Assembly (NCBI GenBank): GCA_903813345.2
Contig: CAIIXF020000001.1
Coordinates: 13,454,001 to 13,518,000 of the forward strand
DNA length: 64,000 nt
Source: Owenia fusiformis
Taxonomy: Eukaryota
Direction of reading: 5' to 3'
Below the pieces are notes generated by a model that worked only from the letters and a program-made list of their open reading frames with translations, did no database searches and had not been told where the DNA came from. The position numbers and the translations under genes were made by a program. Of the stretch, positions 1 through 11,700 are shown one piece after another (positions within the stretch are counted from its first letter, which is position 1; each line of letters begins with the position of its first letter).

Positions 1-660
1 AAAGACGTTTGTAACATGATTTCACTTTATTTTGAACTAAAGAAAATGTCCAGCTTAAAACATACCATTTGAAAGCCAACCCATCCTCGCTCATGTCGTT
101 GACCAATTGGTAATTATGTAATCAACAGCACAGCACTATGCAGTCTTTGCTAGCCCCCTCCCCTACATAACTTCGCCAGCTGAGACCCTTTGGATGGCAT
201 GTTCGTGTTTTGTTCACATTTGAATCATGGGTTGTCCCCTTTGCCAAATCCTTACTAGATGGTAGCCGAACGTATACAATGTTATAATTCTTTGATTTAT
301 TGAGTATTGATGTTTTTAGTTGTTTCAAGATAAATAGGAATTTTCATGTAACTATTCATTCACAACATAAAATAAATAACAAGGTGAAACGTTCACACAC
401 AGAATGAATCGAATCACCTTTCAAAGTCACATCGGCCTCAATTGACTTTTATTTACAAATATTTTCATCTCCATAAAATGCTACGAAGCGTATAGTATAT
501 CCCCGGGAGTATAACTATCTAAAAGACAGCTAAACATTAGCAAATGATTTGATAACTTAACCCCTATAGTAGTTGACGACCTGTGCGATTCCAGAGAGGA
601 CTGGTACTTCTAAATGGTGAACGATCTCGGACTGTTGAGCTAAATTGAACAGAGATAGAG

Positions 661-727
661 ATGACTAATGATAATGTAAACGCAATGGACTCTACTGGTT
701 TGCGAAATGGCCAAGAAAAAACACACG
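661..727 (+). CDS. Gene 1 coding exon 1: small single-pass membrane protein (model join 661-727, 3171-3400, 3614-3718; 133 aa)
   Basis: ATG at 661, open to CACG|GTAAGT (phase 1), which matches the phase-1 acceptor at 3171. Encodes MTNDNVNAMDSTGLRNGQEKTH. Confidence 0.65.
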
Positions 728-1325
728 GTAAGTAAGGTTTTCTGAGGAGTAAATAAAAGTATATTAATATGTAAGAATTAATCAGCCGGTATTCTAGGCT
801 TATGGTGTAACTCGTAAACACTTCGAGGATAAATATAACGACACGCCTCCATCTTGTTAAGACTGCCTATTTGATCATAGTGAAAAATGCACTTATCGTG
901 TTTATGAATCCCTTATGTTTATAACTGATAAAGTTTGTGTACTACTTAATAATTTGTCGTGCAGCTCTATCAGTTCATCCTTGGTCCAAGGGTATTTCAC
1001 TTCTTTCCATAAAGCATAAATGAAGTCCTTTGAAGAAGGATGTATCAGTTCATTGAGCCACTTACTATCCAATCCACATTATAATAAAGAAATTTAGAGT
1101 AGAAAATGTTTCATTTTCGGTAAAAATAATATTATAATTGATCGATGAAATGCACATTTCTAAACGTATAAGTACGCCTTTCTGCGACACACAAAATTTC
1201 AATTCACTTATCTATTTCAATGTTCTCATAGTTGTATGTTTCAAACTTGTACAGATTTATGCATGAACAGAAGTTATGCTTTCACATGAGCGAAAACTCT
1301 CTATTCTAGTTTAGACATAATTATT

Positions 1326-3014
1326 CACGAGGGGAAAGAGTACCCGTGTATATACAACCTACCGCCGAGCAAGACACGCACATACCGCCGAGCAAATGTT
1401 TGATAATGTCATCTCGTAGGAAAATGGACAGTAAAGGTAATAAAATGTCACTAACAATTTCTTTGGATGGTTAGAGTTGTTACTAAGATGTTCTAGCAGG
1501 CGCAATTGGCCTAGAATTATAGTTGAAATATATTTTTATGTCCAAATTAAGAGATAAGGTAAACGTATAATGGTTTTCGATTTGTTTTTCTCATTCATAC
1601 TCGCTTTAATTGATAATGAGCCATACATAAGACATACTTGGGTCGGTAAATGGATGTGCATATGCATAATATATTAAGTGTCAAAATATTAGGTCAAAAT
1701 AGCACTTTTGAACAGCAAAATCTTCACTTAAACTTTGTCCTAAAAGATCCGAGGTTATCGGACATCGGACCCGATGTGATCGACGAGTAATATTATAAAG
1801 ATCCGAAAATATCTTGAGTAAAGGATCTCAGAATCCGAACATTACTTGAGTAAAATCTGTTGAAATCCGATTATATCGTCGAGTTTATGACGTGCTGATG
1901 AAAAAATAATAAACATACAATCTGCATCATTCATGTGAATCATTTTGTTGTGAACAATAAATGAAACTGAAAAAAATATGGCTATCACCAGTTACCACTG
2001 CACATGTACATCGAAACATTGTATTTCAGGTCCTCGGTACAAATGCTTCCACTGTAGTTATAAATCACACGAGATGGATGACTTTGTGGTCCACTTCAGT
2101 CAGCACCATCCATTACTGAGTATTAAAATTAATGTGCCTGAGTTAAATGGCAAAAAATGGATTTACAATGTTTTTGACTATGGTTGTATTATCAAAGAAA
2201 GATCACGGTAATTTTCGTTTCGAGGATATGAAGCTTGGGATTCTTCAAGTTGTGTTCTTTGAGTAGAATGGCGCTTGCAATGCAGAATTAAATGTTTTGG
2301 GGTTGCACTCTTACCATAGACACATAGGAAATTATGGTGATTCAAGTGTAAGCATGAATTCAATGTTTTAAAGAACTTTGCCGGAAACAGACGTTGACGT
2401 ATAGGCCTAGTGCTGCGGGAATTATATCATATTATGTTATATCCCGGTGCCAGGAGTATATGATAAATAAAAAGGAATATTTGTGATATCGTCATGATAT
2501 TATATGCTCATTCGAAAGCTTACTCACTACCTCATCGGGTTCTACTCACGGTATAGTCGGAATAGCTCGGTGGTAGCTTCGGGTCCTATATAATCGTACT
2601 CGTGACATAATCGGGTCTTTCATTTTCAACTTTCACCGGTGATTTCAATGATATGCAACGTATGGCAGTGAAATAAATATGATACATTTACACCTATTGT
2701 ATCTTTGAATCGAATGAAGTAAAGACAGCCATGGTTGTTACTAATTCAAAATGTAAATCATCATTCAAATATTTAAAAGTTGAATTTAGCGATTGGATAG
2801 TAAACATTGCGCTAAGTACTCATTATTTTGCAAACATGAGTGCCTGGAACAATAACTTTATCAGTTACACACAATTCTGTGTTTTATCTGTTTCTCATAT
2901 TGAGAAATTCAAGATATAAACAAAAGTTTACAACCCACCCCATACATTTTCAGATATCTTCGGGTCTTTGCTCGGCGGTAGGTTGTATATACACTGGTAC
3001 TCTTTCCCCTCGTG
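1326..3014. mobile_element. Non-autonomous TIR DNA transposon (CAC...GTG ends, ~50-bp TIRs) in intron 1 of gene 1
   Basis: CACGAGGGGAAAGAGTACCCGTGTATATACAACCTACCGCCGAGCAA at 1326 is matched by its reverse complement ending at 3014. ATTATT flanks both ends (1320-1325, 3015-3020). Internal subterminal ATCCGA/GAGTA motif clusters. Confidence 0.85.
2030..2211 (+). pseudogene. C2H2 zinc-finger exon carried inside the TIR element (probable transposon-protein remnant; possible first exon 1424-1436)
   Basis: TTTCAG| acceptor at 2029, then YKCFHCSYKSHEMDDFVVHFSQHH (C-x2-C-x12-H-x3/4-H). Upstream ATGGACAGTAAAG|GTAATA (1424-1436) is phase-compatible. Confidence 0.5.
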
Positions 3015-3170
3015 ATTATTGGTCTGGAATCAAAGTGATAATTGTATATATTATACACAAGTTCAGTTTACAACGGCATTCCAAACAACTAACTTATGAT
3101 CTGCCATCTATATAAGTCCAATCACAATATATACTAAAACAATATATGACCCTCTACTTTCCTTTTTCAG

Positions 3171-3400
3171 TTGTTGACCCTGTCATGTACAAAGAACAGA
3201 CCATACTGACAGTAGAGCTGCTCATGATTATCGTTATGATCGTCTTCTTCATGTGCCTCATCCCAGTCATCATCAGATGCCGCAACAGATGCTGCAGCGG
3301 TAACCGTTGCTGTAGGTGCGTCCAAAGTTGTGACCCAACGTATGACGAGGCACATGATGGAGATATGTCAAAGAATACCAAATACATTGAAGAACATCAG
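3171..3400 (+). CDS. Gene 1 coding exon 2: transmembrane helix plus juxtamembrane Cys cluster
   Basis: Strong pyrimidine tract ...CCTTTTTCAG|, hydrophobic LLMIIVMIVFFMCLIPVII followed by RCRNRCCSGNRCCRCVQSC; ends CAG|GTAATA (phase 0). Confidence 0.75.
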
Positions 3401-3613
3401 GTAATAATGCAAGGGACAACGTTCAGTCCACTAGCATGCGTACATGTATGTTCAAACGCATTTAAAGCCCGATTTAAAGAGCGCCCGACCTGAATGCTGA
3501 TGAAAATTGGTTACAAAGGGCTTACTATTCGTGGGTCGCTTCAATTTGGATTAAGAGTTAATCCTCCTCGTCATGTTGACTACTATCAAACATCTGGTAT
3601 ATGTTATTTTCAG

Positions 3614-3718
3614 AATTATGGATATGAATTGGGCGAAGTAGTGAACAATGAACCTCATCCTAATGAGCCTGCAACTCCACCAAACAAAAGTAAACGTAAG
3701 AATATTATGTATAGCTAA
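3614..3718 (+). CDS. Gene 1 terminal coding exon
   Basis: TATTTTCAG| phase-0 acceptor, NYGYELGEVVNNEPHPNEPATPPNKSKRKNIMYS then TAA; AATAAA near 3945. Confidence 0.7.
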   Translation, partial: NYGYELGEVVNNEPHPNEPATPPNKSKRKNIMYS

Positions 3719-4323
3719 GCGCATGGAACATCTTTCTTCAACCTGTGAATTCTTTTCAATCGTAATAATGAAATACCCTCATCCTGTAAAATATGAATCG
3801 TTCTCTCATTCAAAAGGTATCCGTTTATGAAAAGAAATGAAAATATATGGGGACACTCAGATACTTATGCCTATACACCTGTAATTTTGATTTTATAAAA
3901 AGGATTCGCCCCTGTATAGCAAAATCAGAAACTTTTTAATTAAAAATAAAATTAACTTATAACTCTAAACAGCAGAAAACATTTATTTTGTAACATTGAG
4001 TTTCTTTACTTTCAGCTGGCGCGTCGTTTGGTTTGTGTGACGTATAGATGTAGATGTAGATGACATTTATTGCCAGTCGTTCTGGATATGTGGAGATTTT
4101 TGACGATCTTAACAGTGGATCATGATATAAATGAAACCAAAGACACCGAGAACGGAAAGATATGACCATGAAAGCCTTTGACAAAACCAGAAGTACTCTT
4201 TTATGTCAGGCTTGGCACAAACCTTGACAATTTACATCACCCTGTGATCCACACTCCCTTTATTGTCTAAGCAAGGCTGGTCACCAAGAGGAACCATGCC
4301 TTTTATCAGAGTTCCTTTCTATA

Positions 4324-4957
4324 CAGGGTGTTTCATAATGACCGTCCCCCCATCAACCATCAATCCCAAATAGCATACCAGCATGTGTTATATATCATAT
4401 GAAAGCTTGTTTAATTCTGGACTAATTAAAAGAACTTTGAATAAGCTCAACAGTCTTTACAACTTGGTACATACCTTTACAAAAGGTACCCATTTTACCT
4501 TAAGCATAGAATCTGATATCTACTTTTTTCCAAAATTAGCCACGTGCCCTGCAAACAGCTATGGTGACCATGCCTCAATACACTAGTATCTATAGTTATG
4601 TACAACTTATAACATTTGATGAATGCTGAGGATATATCCCAATGATATTTAAAAGACAAAAGTATAGAATACTTCAAAGAAATACCCAGAGAGCTCTTTG
4701 TGATTCAATGGATTATATAGCAATGTGCTCCTCTCTTCAAATCCATTAGAAATGGTAGCCACAAATCACACAAACTGAGGGTATTGTGATTATCAAACAT
4801 AAGATTACAAATTATCTTCTCATTGACCAGTCATGCTAAAATTGGGCACATAAGTCCAGAATTGAATAACCTTTACTATGGTAGGTTATATAGATTATGG
4901 GGCCACGTGATCTAGGATTGGCTTTGGATGGGGGGACGGTCATTATGAAACACCCTG
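4324..4957. mobile_element. Tc1/mariner-type MITE
   Basis: ~30-bp TIR CAGGGTGTTTCATAATGACCGTCCCCCCATC and its reverse complement, TA on both sides. Confidence 0.9.
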
Positions 4958-5127
4958 TAGTTGAAAAACAGAAATATGAGATAGTTTCAGAATGGATGGA
5001 AACATGCAATTAGGAGCACCTAGAAGGTAGCGAATCGAAGAAACATTTCCAAACTTTACATCGGGCATTTAATACTTTTTATCTAAAGTGATTATAAACG
5101 TGATGTCGATAAGCGATTTAACATGTT

Positions 5128-6369
5128 CAGGGTGAGCCAAAAAAGGTAACCCAAACAAACGTTAATAACTCGGTCATCCAGCATTGGTTTTTAAATCATA
5201 ATTGGCACAATATACTAGATGCGAGTAGAGATAATCTTGATTCACTTCATTAAATATTCAAAAATAATTAGTTAAAGGGATATCATATTTTAAGTCTTCA
5301 TGTAAAATGCATCTAGAAATGTGGTTTAAAAAGTAATAACCAACTTTGAAAATTCTTCTTTGAAAATGTGACTTCTAGGTCAGGGAAATTCCCCATAAAC
5401 CCCATGTTACAAAATCACAAAAAGTGAAATATATTTTCTTGTGTTGGGCAGATAATTTTTTTACAATTTTCTTTGCCTTGTTAATTCCCCCGAATCAGCC
5501 ACATGGTGGTGACACTGGTAACTACCTACTCGCGTCTTGGAACGGGTTCAATGTTCTTTCATTCTACCAAGTTTCGTTGTATTGGTCTATTTCGAATGAC
5601 CACGGTTGTTTGGCTATTTTACAAACATCTTCAAAATGCCCGTCTTGTCTTAACTGTATATTGAATGCTCTTACTATGCTAGAATATTTTCTCTCCCTAT
5701 ATCTTGACACTGTTACTTTGGAGGCTAATTTGAATGCACCGGGTGAAGTTGTTGTTCGAACTGACTTCACGCTTACAGATAGCTTGTGAGTCTACTCTTG
5801 ACTTCTTGAGTAATGAGCCTAATCATCCTTCTTATCTCTCGTTTCATCTCTCTGATGCTTCTACAGGGGCGTAGCCAGGATTTACCAAGGGGGATTCTAT
5901 ATTTTTCCCTGGCTGAGGGTTTGTTTTACAACGAAAAGGCGAGGGATGGTGGTTTGTACGACGGATTTGTGTATCAACGAATCAATCAAATTATGAAATA
6001 CAGCACGTGCATCACCAATCTTTCTGAGAGTGCGGTGTGTTCCCAGCTTGGGGTTCGTTGATCCTTCAGGAAAGGGGTAGACAATGCTTCTAGAGTTGTA
6101 AGTGTGGACAATATCCTTGAAATTGCTCCAAAGATAAAAGTTAAGGGTTTCATATCGGGTGATTTTGGAATGTTTCCGTATTTTGAGCATGTTTTAAGGA
6201 TGGCCATAAAATTGCGACCTTTAAAAGTAGACAAATGAAACTGATTATGATATGATATAGAATGGAAAAACATTGAACAAGGTTCACTTGTGCCAAATGT
6301 GGTTTTGAATCCATGCTGGATGACGGAGTTATTAACATTTGTTTTGGTTACCTTGTTTGGCTCACCCTG
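5128..6369. mobile_element. Tc1/mariner-type non-autonomous element with heterologous internal sequence
   Basis: Imperfect TIRs of at least 65 bp (CAGGGTGAGCCAAA..GGTAACC..TTAATAACTC.GTCATCCAGCAT); TA on the right, TT on the left. Confidence 0.8.
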
Positions 6370-8299
6370 TACAGGCAAAAATTATTTCACATTTGTTTGT
6401 ATATATTCTTCTTTAATCATCAATACATACTTTATAAAATCTCATATAGAAGCTTTAAGGAAAATAAAAACCCTTTCCGATCCTTTAATTTCACTACTAG
6501 GCCTTCAATATTAAATACTTTTCTAATTTTTCCTAATCATGGCTGACATCTATAAATGATCTAAAGTTATAAATCAAGACCGCAAAGTCGCATCTTCGAA
6601 ATCCAAGGTGTTATAACACACACCTTAGAGTAACTGAAACCTTGTGAATCAAGATGAAGTGTCGATCATTCTGCATGTTTAATCTAACCTGGAATTGTGT
6701 TTTCAAAGATTATCTAGCCTGGACCAGGGCCGGCTGTCATATTTTATTCTGACACTTAAATCTGTGACATATGATGATATACGGTATTTCAGAGATTGAA
6801 AGTTGAAAAAGAAATGGAGCGAGGAGTTACTGATTACCGTACATCCGAGGGTGTTATGTAGCCTGTTAATGTCTTTATTCTGTTCCTTTATTACAATGGT
6901 TTGGGAAATGATAAATAGGTGTTTTTGTTCATATTACCTTGAAAAAACGATATCTTAATAATTAATGTCCAGTCCCTAATTCTCAATGTTGGTGAAGATT
7001 GTAATGTTGTTTGAAGATGGTAACATGGGTTCGGAAAGAGAGCTCTATTATATGAGTCCATTATACAATTCAATTTATTTACCCAATCAGCCAAGAAGCA
7101 AAAGGAGAAGGGATCTGAAATATATCTGAATGACAACGTTTTGTTAAAAAACGAAATGCACTGATAAAAATATGAAATAGAATAGATCAGGCTGAATAGA
7201 TGGCATCGTGCGAATAGAAGGTTTACTGCAAATAGTCTTTTAAAAAGTATTTGCACTGAGATTTACCATGCATAGTGTCGAGTGTCCTTGTGGAATGAAA
7301 TTGAATACAAAAAGGCCATAGGGTTCAACTGATCAATCACTATTGGCCCCTGCCAACTTTTTGTATGTGACCGCTTTCTGGCTATTCAGTGTGAATAAAA
7401 AGACATTTTTGTTTTTTAGGCGATTTCTATAGAAGCATTCAAGTTTGAATTTAATAAATCACCATCCCTTAACACATGGCCAGTTTTAGAAAAAAGCTCT
7501 TTATATAGTCCAATATTGTTTTTTAAAAAGATGAATGTTTGCTGTGCTCTGGCTATCTGAGTTTTGTGTAGGGCTTTATTTGCATTTTTAAATAGAAGCA
7601 CATGTATATACACAATGTAGGTACAGCTAGGAGTTGTTGGTTCTCACAACTATTTCTTATATGGCAGACTCTTCTTATGGCAAATATATATGCGTTAAAT
7701 GTTCTGCAAACTTACCGCATAGACTCAATAATGAACACTTTTTCAAGTGACTGACCCCTTTTCCCCACCAATTTTGTATACAACGCAAACCCGTGGACCA
7801 ATCCATTTGAGCCTCATTAACAATAATATAAATATGGCCATAGTAGTGCAGCAAAAATTTGGTAAACTTATACTTCATTTGTCCATCTTTTAAAAAACTA
7901 TTTCAGATTAGGATCAACCGTTATCAAAACTGACCATAACGTATGGTAAGATTGCATTCTCATCCCACATTGTGTAAAATGCGTGTTAGAATAAATGAAT
8001 CATGATAGCGCGTTTTTACACTTCAGAGAGAGACATGTTACATCTTTAATAATTTTTTATCACCTTATTATCATTTGTCTGATTGCTTCCGCATTCCTAT
8101 AGGTTTACAAAAAATAAAAGTGTAAAAAATCTATAGTAAAACTTTTTTCAAATGTCACAATAACTTTTAGTTTTTTCTGACTTTATTTACGGTTTTGTGG
8201 CACTGTCTTTAGACTTTTTCACATATGTACACAATTTTTTCAACATGATACGTACACCTTGACCTCATTTACCTTTCAGTGTATTTTCTGCTTATGTTT

Positions 8300-8401
8300 T
8301 TTAAAGCGGGAATGAAGTACGCATGCGTTAATCAATTAAGGCCATCCAATATGGCGGTCAGTTTACGAGATATAACTGCGCTCTCCACATAAAAGGTAAG
8401 A
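8300..8401 (+). promoter_or_regulatory. Probable promoter and non-coding first exon of the rotund-like locus
   Basis: Local CpG cluster with GCGGGAA (E2F-like, 8306), ACGCATGCGT (NRF1-like, 8319) and AATATGGCGG (YY1-like, 8348), then donor AAG|GTAAGA at 8395/8396. CpGs become scarce downstream. Confidence 0.55.
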
Positions 8402-8667
8402 ATCCTCCACTAGCCTGTACACCATCGACACACAACTTAGCATACAAACTGATAGATATATCAGCGTAAGTTTTATAATTATTGCACACATAGTAATGGT
8501 AGTGAACGCGAGGAATTCCAGCATAGTTTAAACATAGCCTTGACCTCACTTGAACTCTTAGAGTGACAACTAGCTTAGGCCAAGCAAATGAACCATTGGG
8601 GTTGAAAGAAGCAACAGGGTGAAACGTTGTTTGAAAGCTGGAAACAAATGAAAGAAAATATTTAGAT

Positions 8668-8706
8668 ATGAAAGATATTATGTCAGCTACCAAGAACAAA
8701 TCTGAG
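8668..8706 (+). CDS. rn: Gene 2 (rotund-like) putative first coding exon MKDIMSATKNKSE
   Basis: ATGs at 8668 and 8680, perfect donor GAG|GTAAGT, phase 0, compatible with the downstream exons. Confidence 0.45.
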
Positions 8707-11700
8707 GTAAGTAAATATGAATTACATTTTAGTTTGTATAAATCTTTTAGACAGTTACACAGATTATTTTTAGAGATGAGTGATGGAGATAAAAAAATTC
8801 CCAGGGTATGGCCAGTTCTTCTTTTGAAGGTGCAAGATAGAAAAAGTGGAAGTAATGTGCAATTATCCGACATTTTATATATTTTAATGCAAAACTTTAT
8901 TACAAATAGTAATATGGAAATGGAAAAACAGATTCACAAGACTAATAAGGATTAAGGTTATTTAGTGCTAAAAGGTGACCAAAGTAATTACAAATTTACA
9001 GTTAATATGCAGTTATGTAATAGATATTTATTGTGTACCTCATTTTGTATTGAGTTCTGAAATTCAGTTCAACTCAGGTATACTTGTTTTCAATTAAAAA
9101 ATATGTTTTTTATGAACATTTTTTATGATTCTGAATATTTAAATGTACTCAATGTCACATTTTTAGTTGCCTTTTTTTTGTTGAACTCACTAGTACATAA
9201 CTTATAAAGCAAGTTTTGTATATTTTTATTCAGAATATTTTTAGTAATAAGATTTATAATCTCAGCTATGTTTATTATTATGTTCATTTATGGCATTTAT
9301 GCACTCATGTTCATGAATTAGTTTTTCAAACTTTGTTTGAACAAGTTTCAATTTAAAGTCTTTAACATAACATAGGCTATTCCCTGTTACATATTTATAT
9401 TATTTATGTGCATAGTTTAGGGGAATCCACAAATAATTAAGCTATATTATTCCTTATTACATATATAAGATAATGTCATAATTAATAAATGTATAAATTC
9501 TCATGCATAATCTAATATTTTTTTATCATTGTATTCACTTTGTAACATGCTTGGTTGCCTAAATACTTTTTATCTCAAAACAAATTGTTATGTCTTGTGA
9601 TAATGTTTCTTATATTGAAAATCAACAATACATTTTGGGAATTAAAGTTTCAATTGTGAAACTGTCACTTTTAAATAACTCTACCCCAAGAAACTTCAAA
9701 ACTCCATGAAAGTAAAATCAATTATAAACTCTTTGAAATATTGAAAACAATTCTGCAGAATTCTATAAACTAAACAAATAAATCAGATTTCCGAATTAAT
9801 ATTTTGTGCATTGTTCTCTAAGGTTCTCCATGCTCATGTCTTGGAGTTATCCTTAGACTAGATTTAGGTTAAATAAGCAATCCCTTGTGTACAAAAACCA
9901 TAAGTTACATGTTCAAATGTAAAATTCACTAAAATGAAAATAAAGTAAAGAAATCAAGTTCAAAATCTAATTGAAGATTATCCTGTTTGAACAGCTCTTC
10001 GTTAGATTTCCCTTAAAAAGCACAATATTAACAGTAATTAAGATCTAAATAAAAATTGCTTGTTTTGGGAATTTTTTGAGAGGAACGAAAGTGTACACAT
10101 ATACAAGGGCAAGTCAGGCCAGACACTGACCTAGTCTGTTTACAAGCTTTCACACATTTTTCTGTTTACTGAACTCAAACTTCAGTTGCATTTTGCAAAA
10201 TTTCATCTCAGTTAGATAGCCATTTTGGGGTCTTGTTTACGGGTACATACATACTTTTTGATGCTGGGGATTGCATGTAAATCAAACTCTAGAAAAACAT
10301 ACATGACAAGTGTGTTTAAGTGAATAGAGGCCATTCACTGTATTCTGCTAAAAACATGAAGAAATCTCTGAATGTACTGTTAACATACAGTATAGCTTAC
10401 TAGCGATGTGATATTATTTAGGCACATTGGTCTAGTGGCCTAGTTGAGGAGAATGAGCGAGCAGATTAAAAATGTTGGAAATTGCCTCCCAATAATTCAA
10501 TGCATATTCCCATATGTGCAGTTAGGAAATACATATTCTAACACTGAATTAATAAATCAATCACATTTATATTCAATATCTTTACAGAATACATGTATGC
10601 TACTATATATATTTATAATATATACTATAATGACGCATTTATCATCTATGTGTGTATATATTCACTCGTTCTTCAACGATATATCATATAGCACTTATCA
10701 TCAATTGAATTTCACTAATACATATTTCTGGACGATATTTTTTCCATGAATAATTGAACTGCTAGTGGTTTTTATTTCACATAAGCAAATATACATTATA
10801 CATGCCATATATATAATTAACTTGTATAGCCCCACGATTTATTATTCTTCTCCATGCAATATACAAGGCTTTTTTATTAATTAATTCCCTTTGAGAGAAT
10901 GTCCTTTCATTTAATCAGTCATTTATAGCCCATATCCACTAGATGTGTTACTATTGGTATAATAATAATTTATATAATGGTCTGGTAATTTGATCGATAA
11001 ATGGAGTGTATCACTGGTCAGGATAAAAAAACTCTGCCAGTTAGGGGAAGATTTAATGATGATTATGAGAGGGTCCATCCTGTGTGTACTTGGCTTGTTT
11101 TATCCTCCAAGGTAGAATCTGTCATATAGAAGATGAAAAATGGCAAACAATATTGCAATTAACCAACATTTATTTTCCTTGTATATTATCACAAAATGTA
11201 ATATGGATTATCACACATACTAGAATTCCTTGATTCCGCGTCGCCGTGTAATGCAGAATTTGGCGCAGAGTTTGACCTTTTCATGCAGAATATCTGCACA
11301 GAAATTGCATTTTTCTCATGCAGAAAAAGTATTTGTGGATTATACAGCTATATTAGAATCTGATCTTTGTTTTATCTAAGATCATAGATTGTTGCCAAAT
11401 TAATTGGTGGAAAATTGTATAATATATTATTATATCTCTCAAATTCTAAATTTCTTCATTTGTATGCAATATGCCAAAAAAAATTTCAAATGGAAGTTAA
11501 AATCATTCACAATTCTGACCAAAGTTGGGCAAAATAATACCAATTATACTCAATTGTATTTCTCATTTTTAAATGGGTGCCAATACGTTTTAAGGAGAAT
11601 ATAAGGTAGCCGACTCAATCAAATGCATAGTTACATGTAATACATAATGATCTTAGAACAACATTTTGTCATTTGTAGCCAAACTCCAAATGATTGAGTG

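Noticed and set aside
1326-1375. RAG/Transib RSS-like ends suggested by the CAC terminus
   Set aside because: CACGAGG differs from the CACAGTG heptamer, no nonamer is visible, and the flanks do not give a 5-bp TSD.
10420-10445. tRNA A-box-like TGGTCTAGTGG
   Set aside because: No B-box or cloverleaf follows; at most a decayed SINE head.
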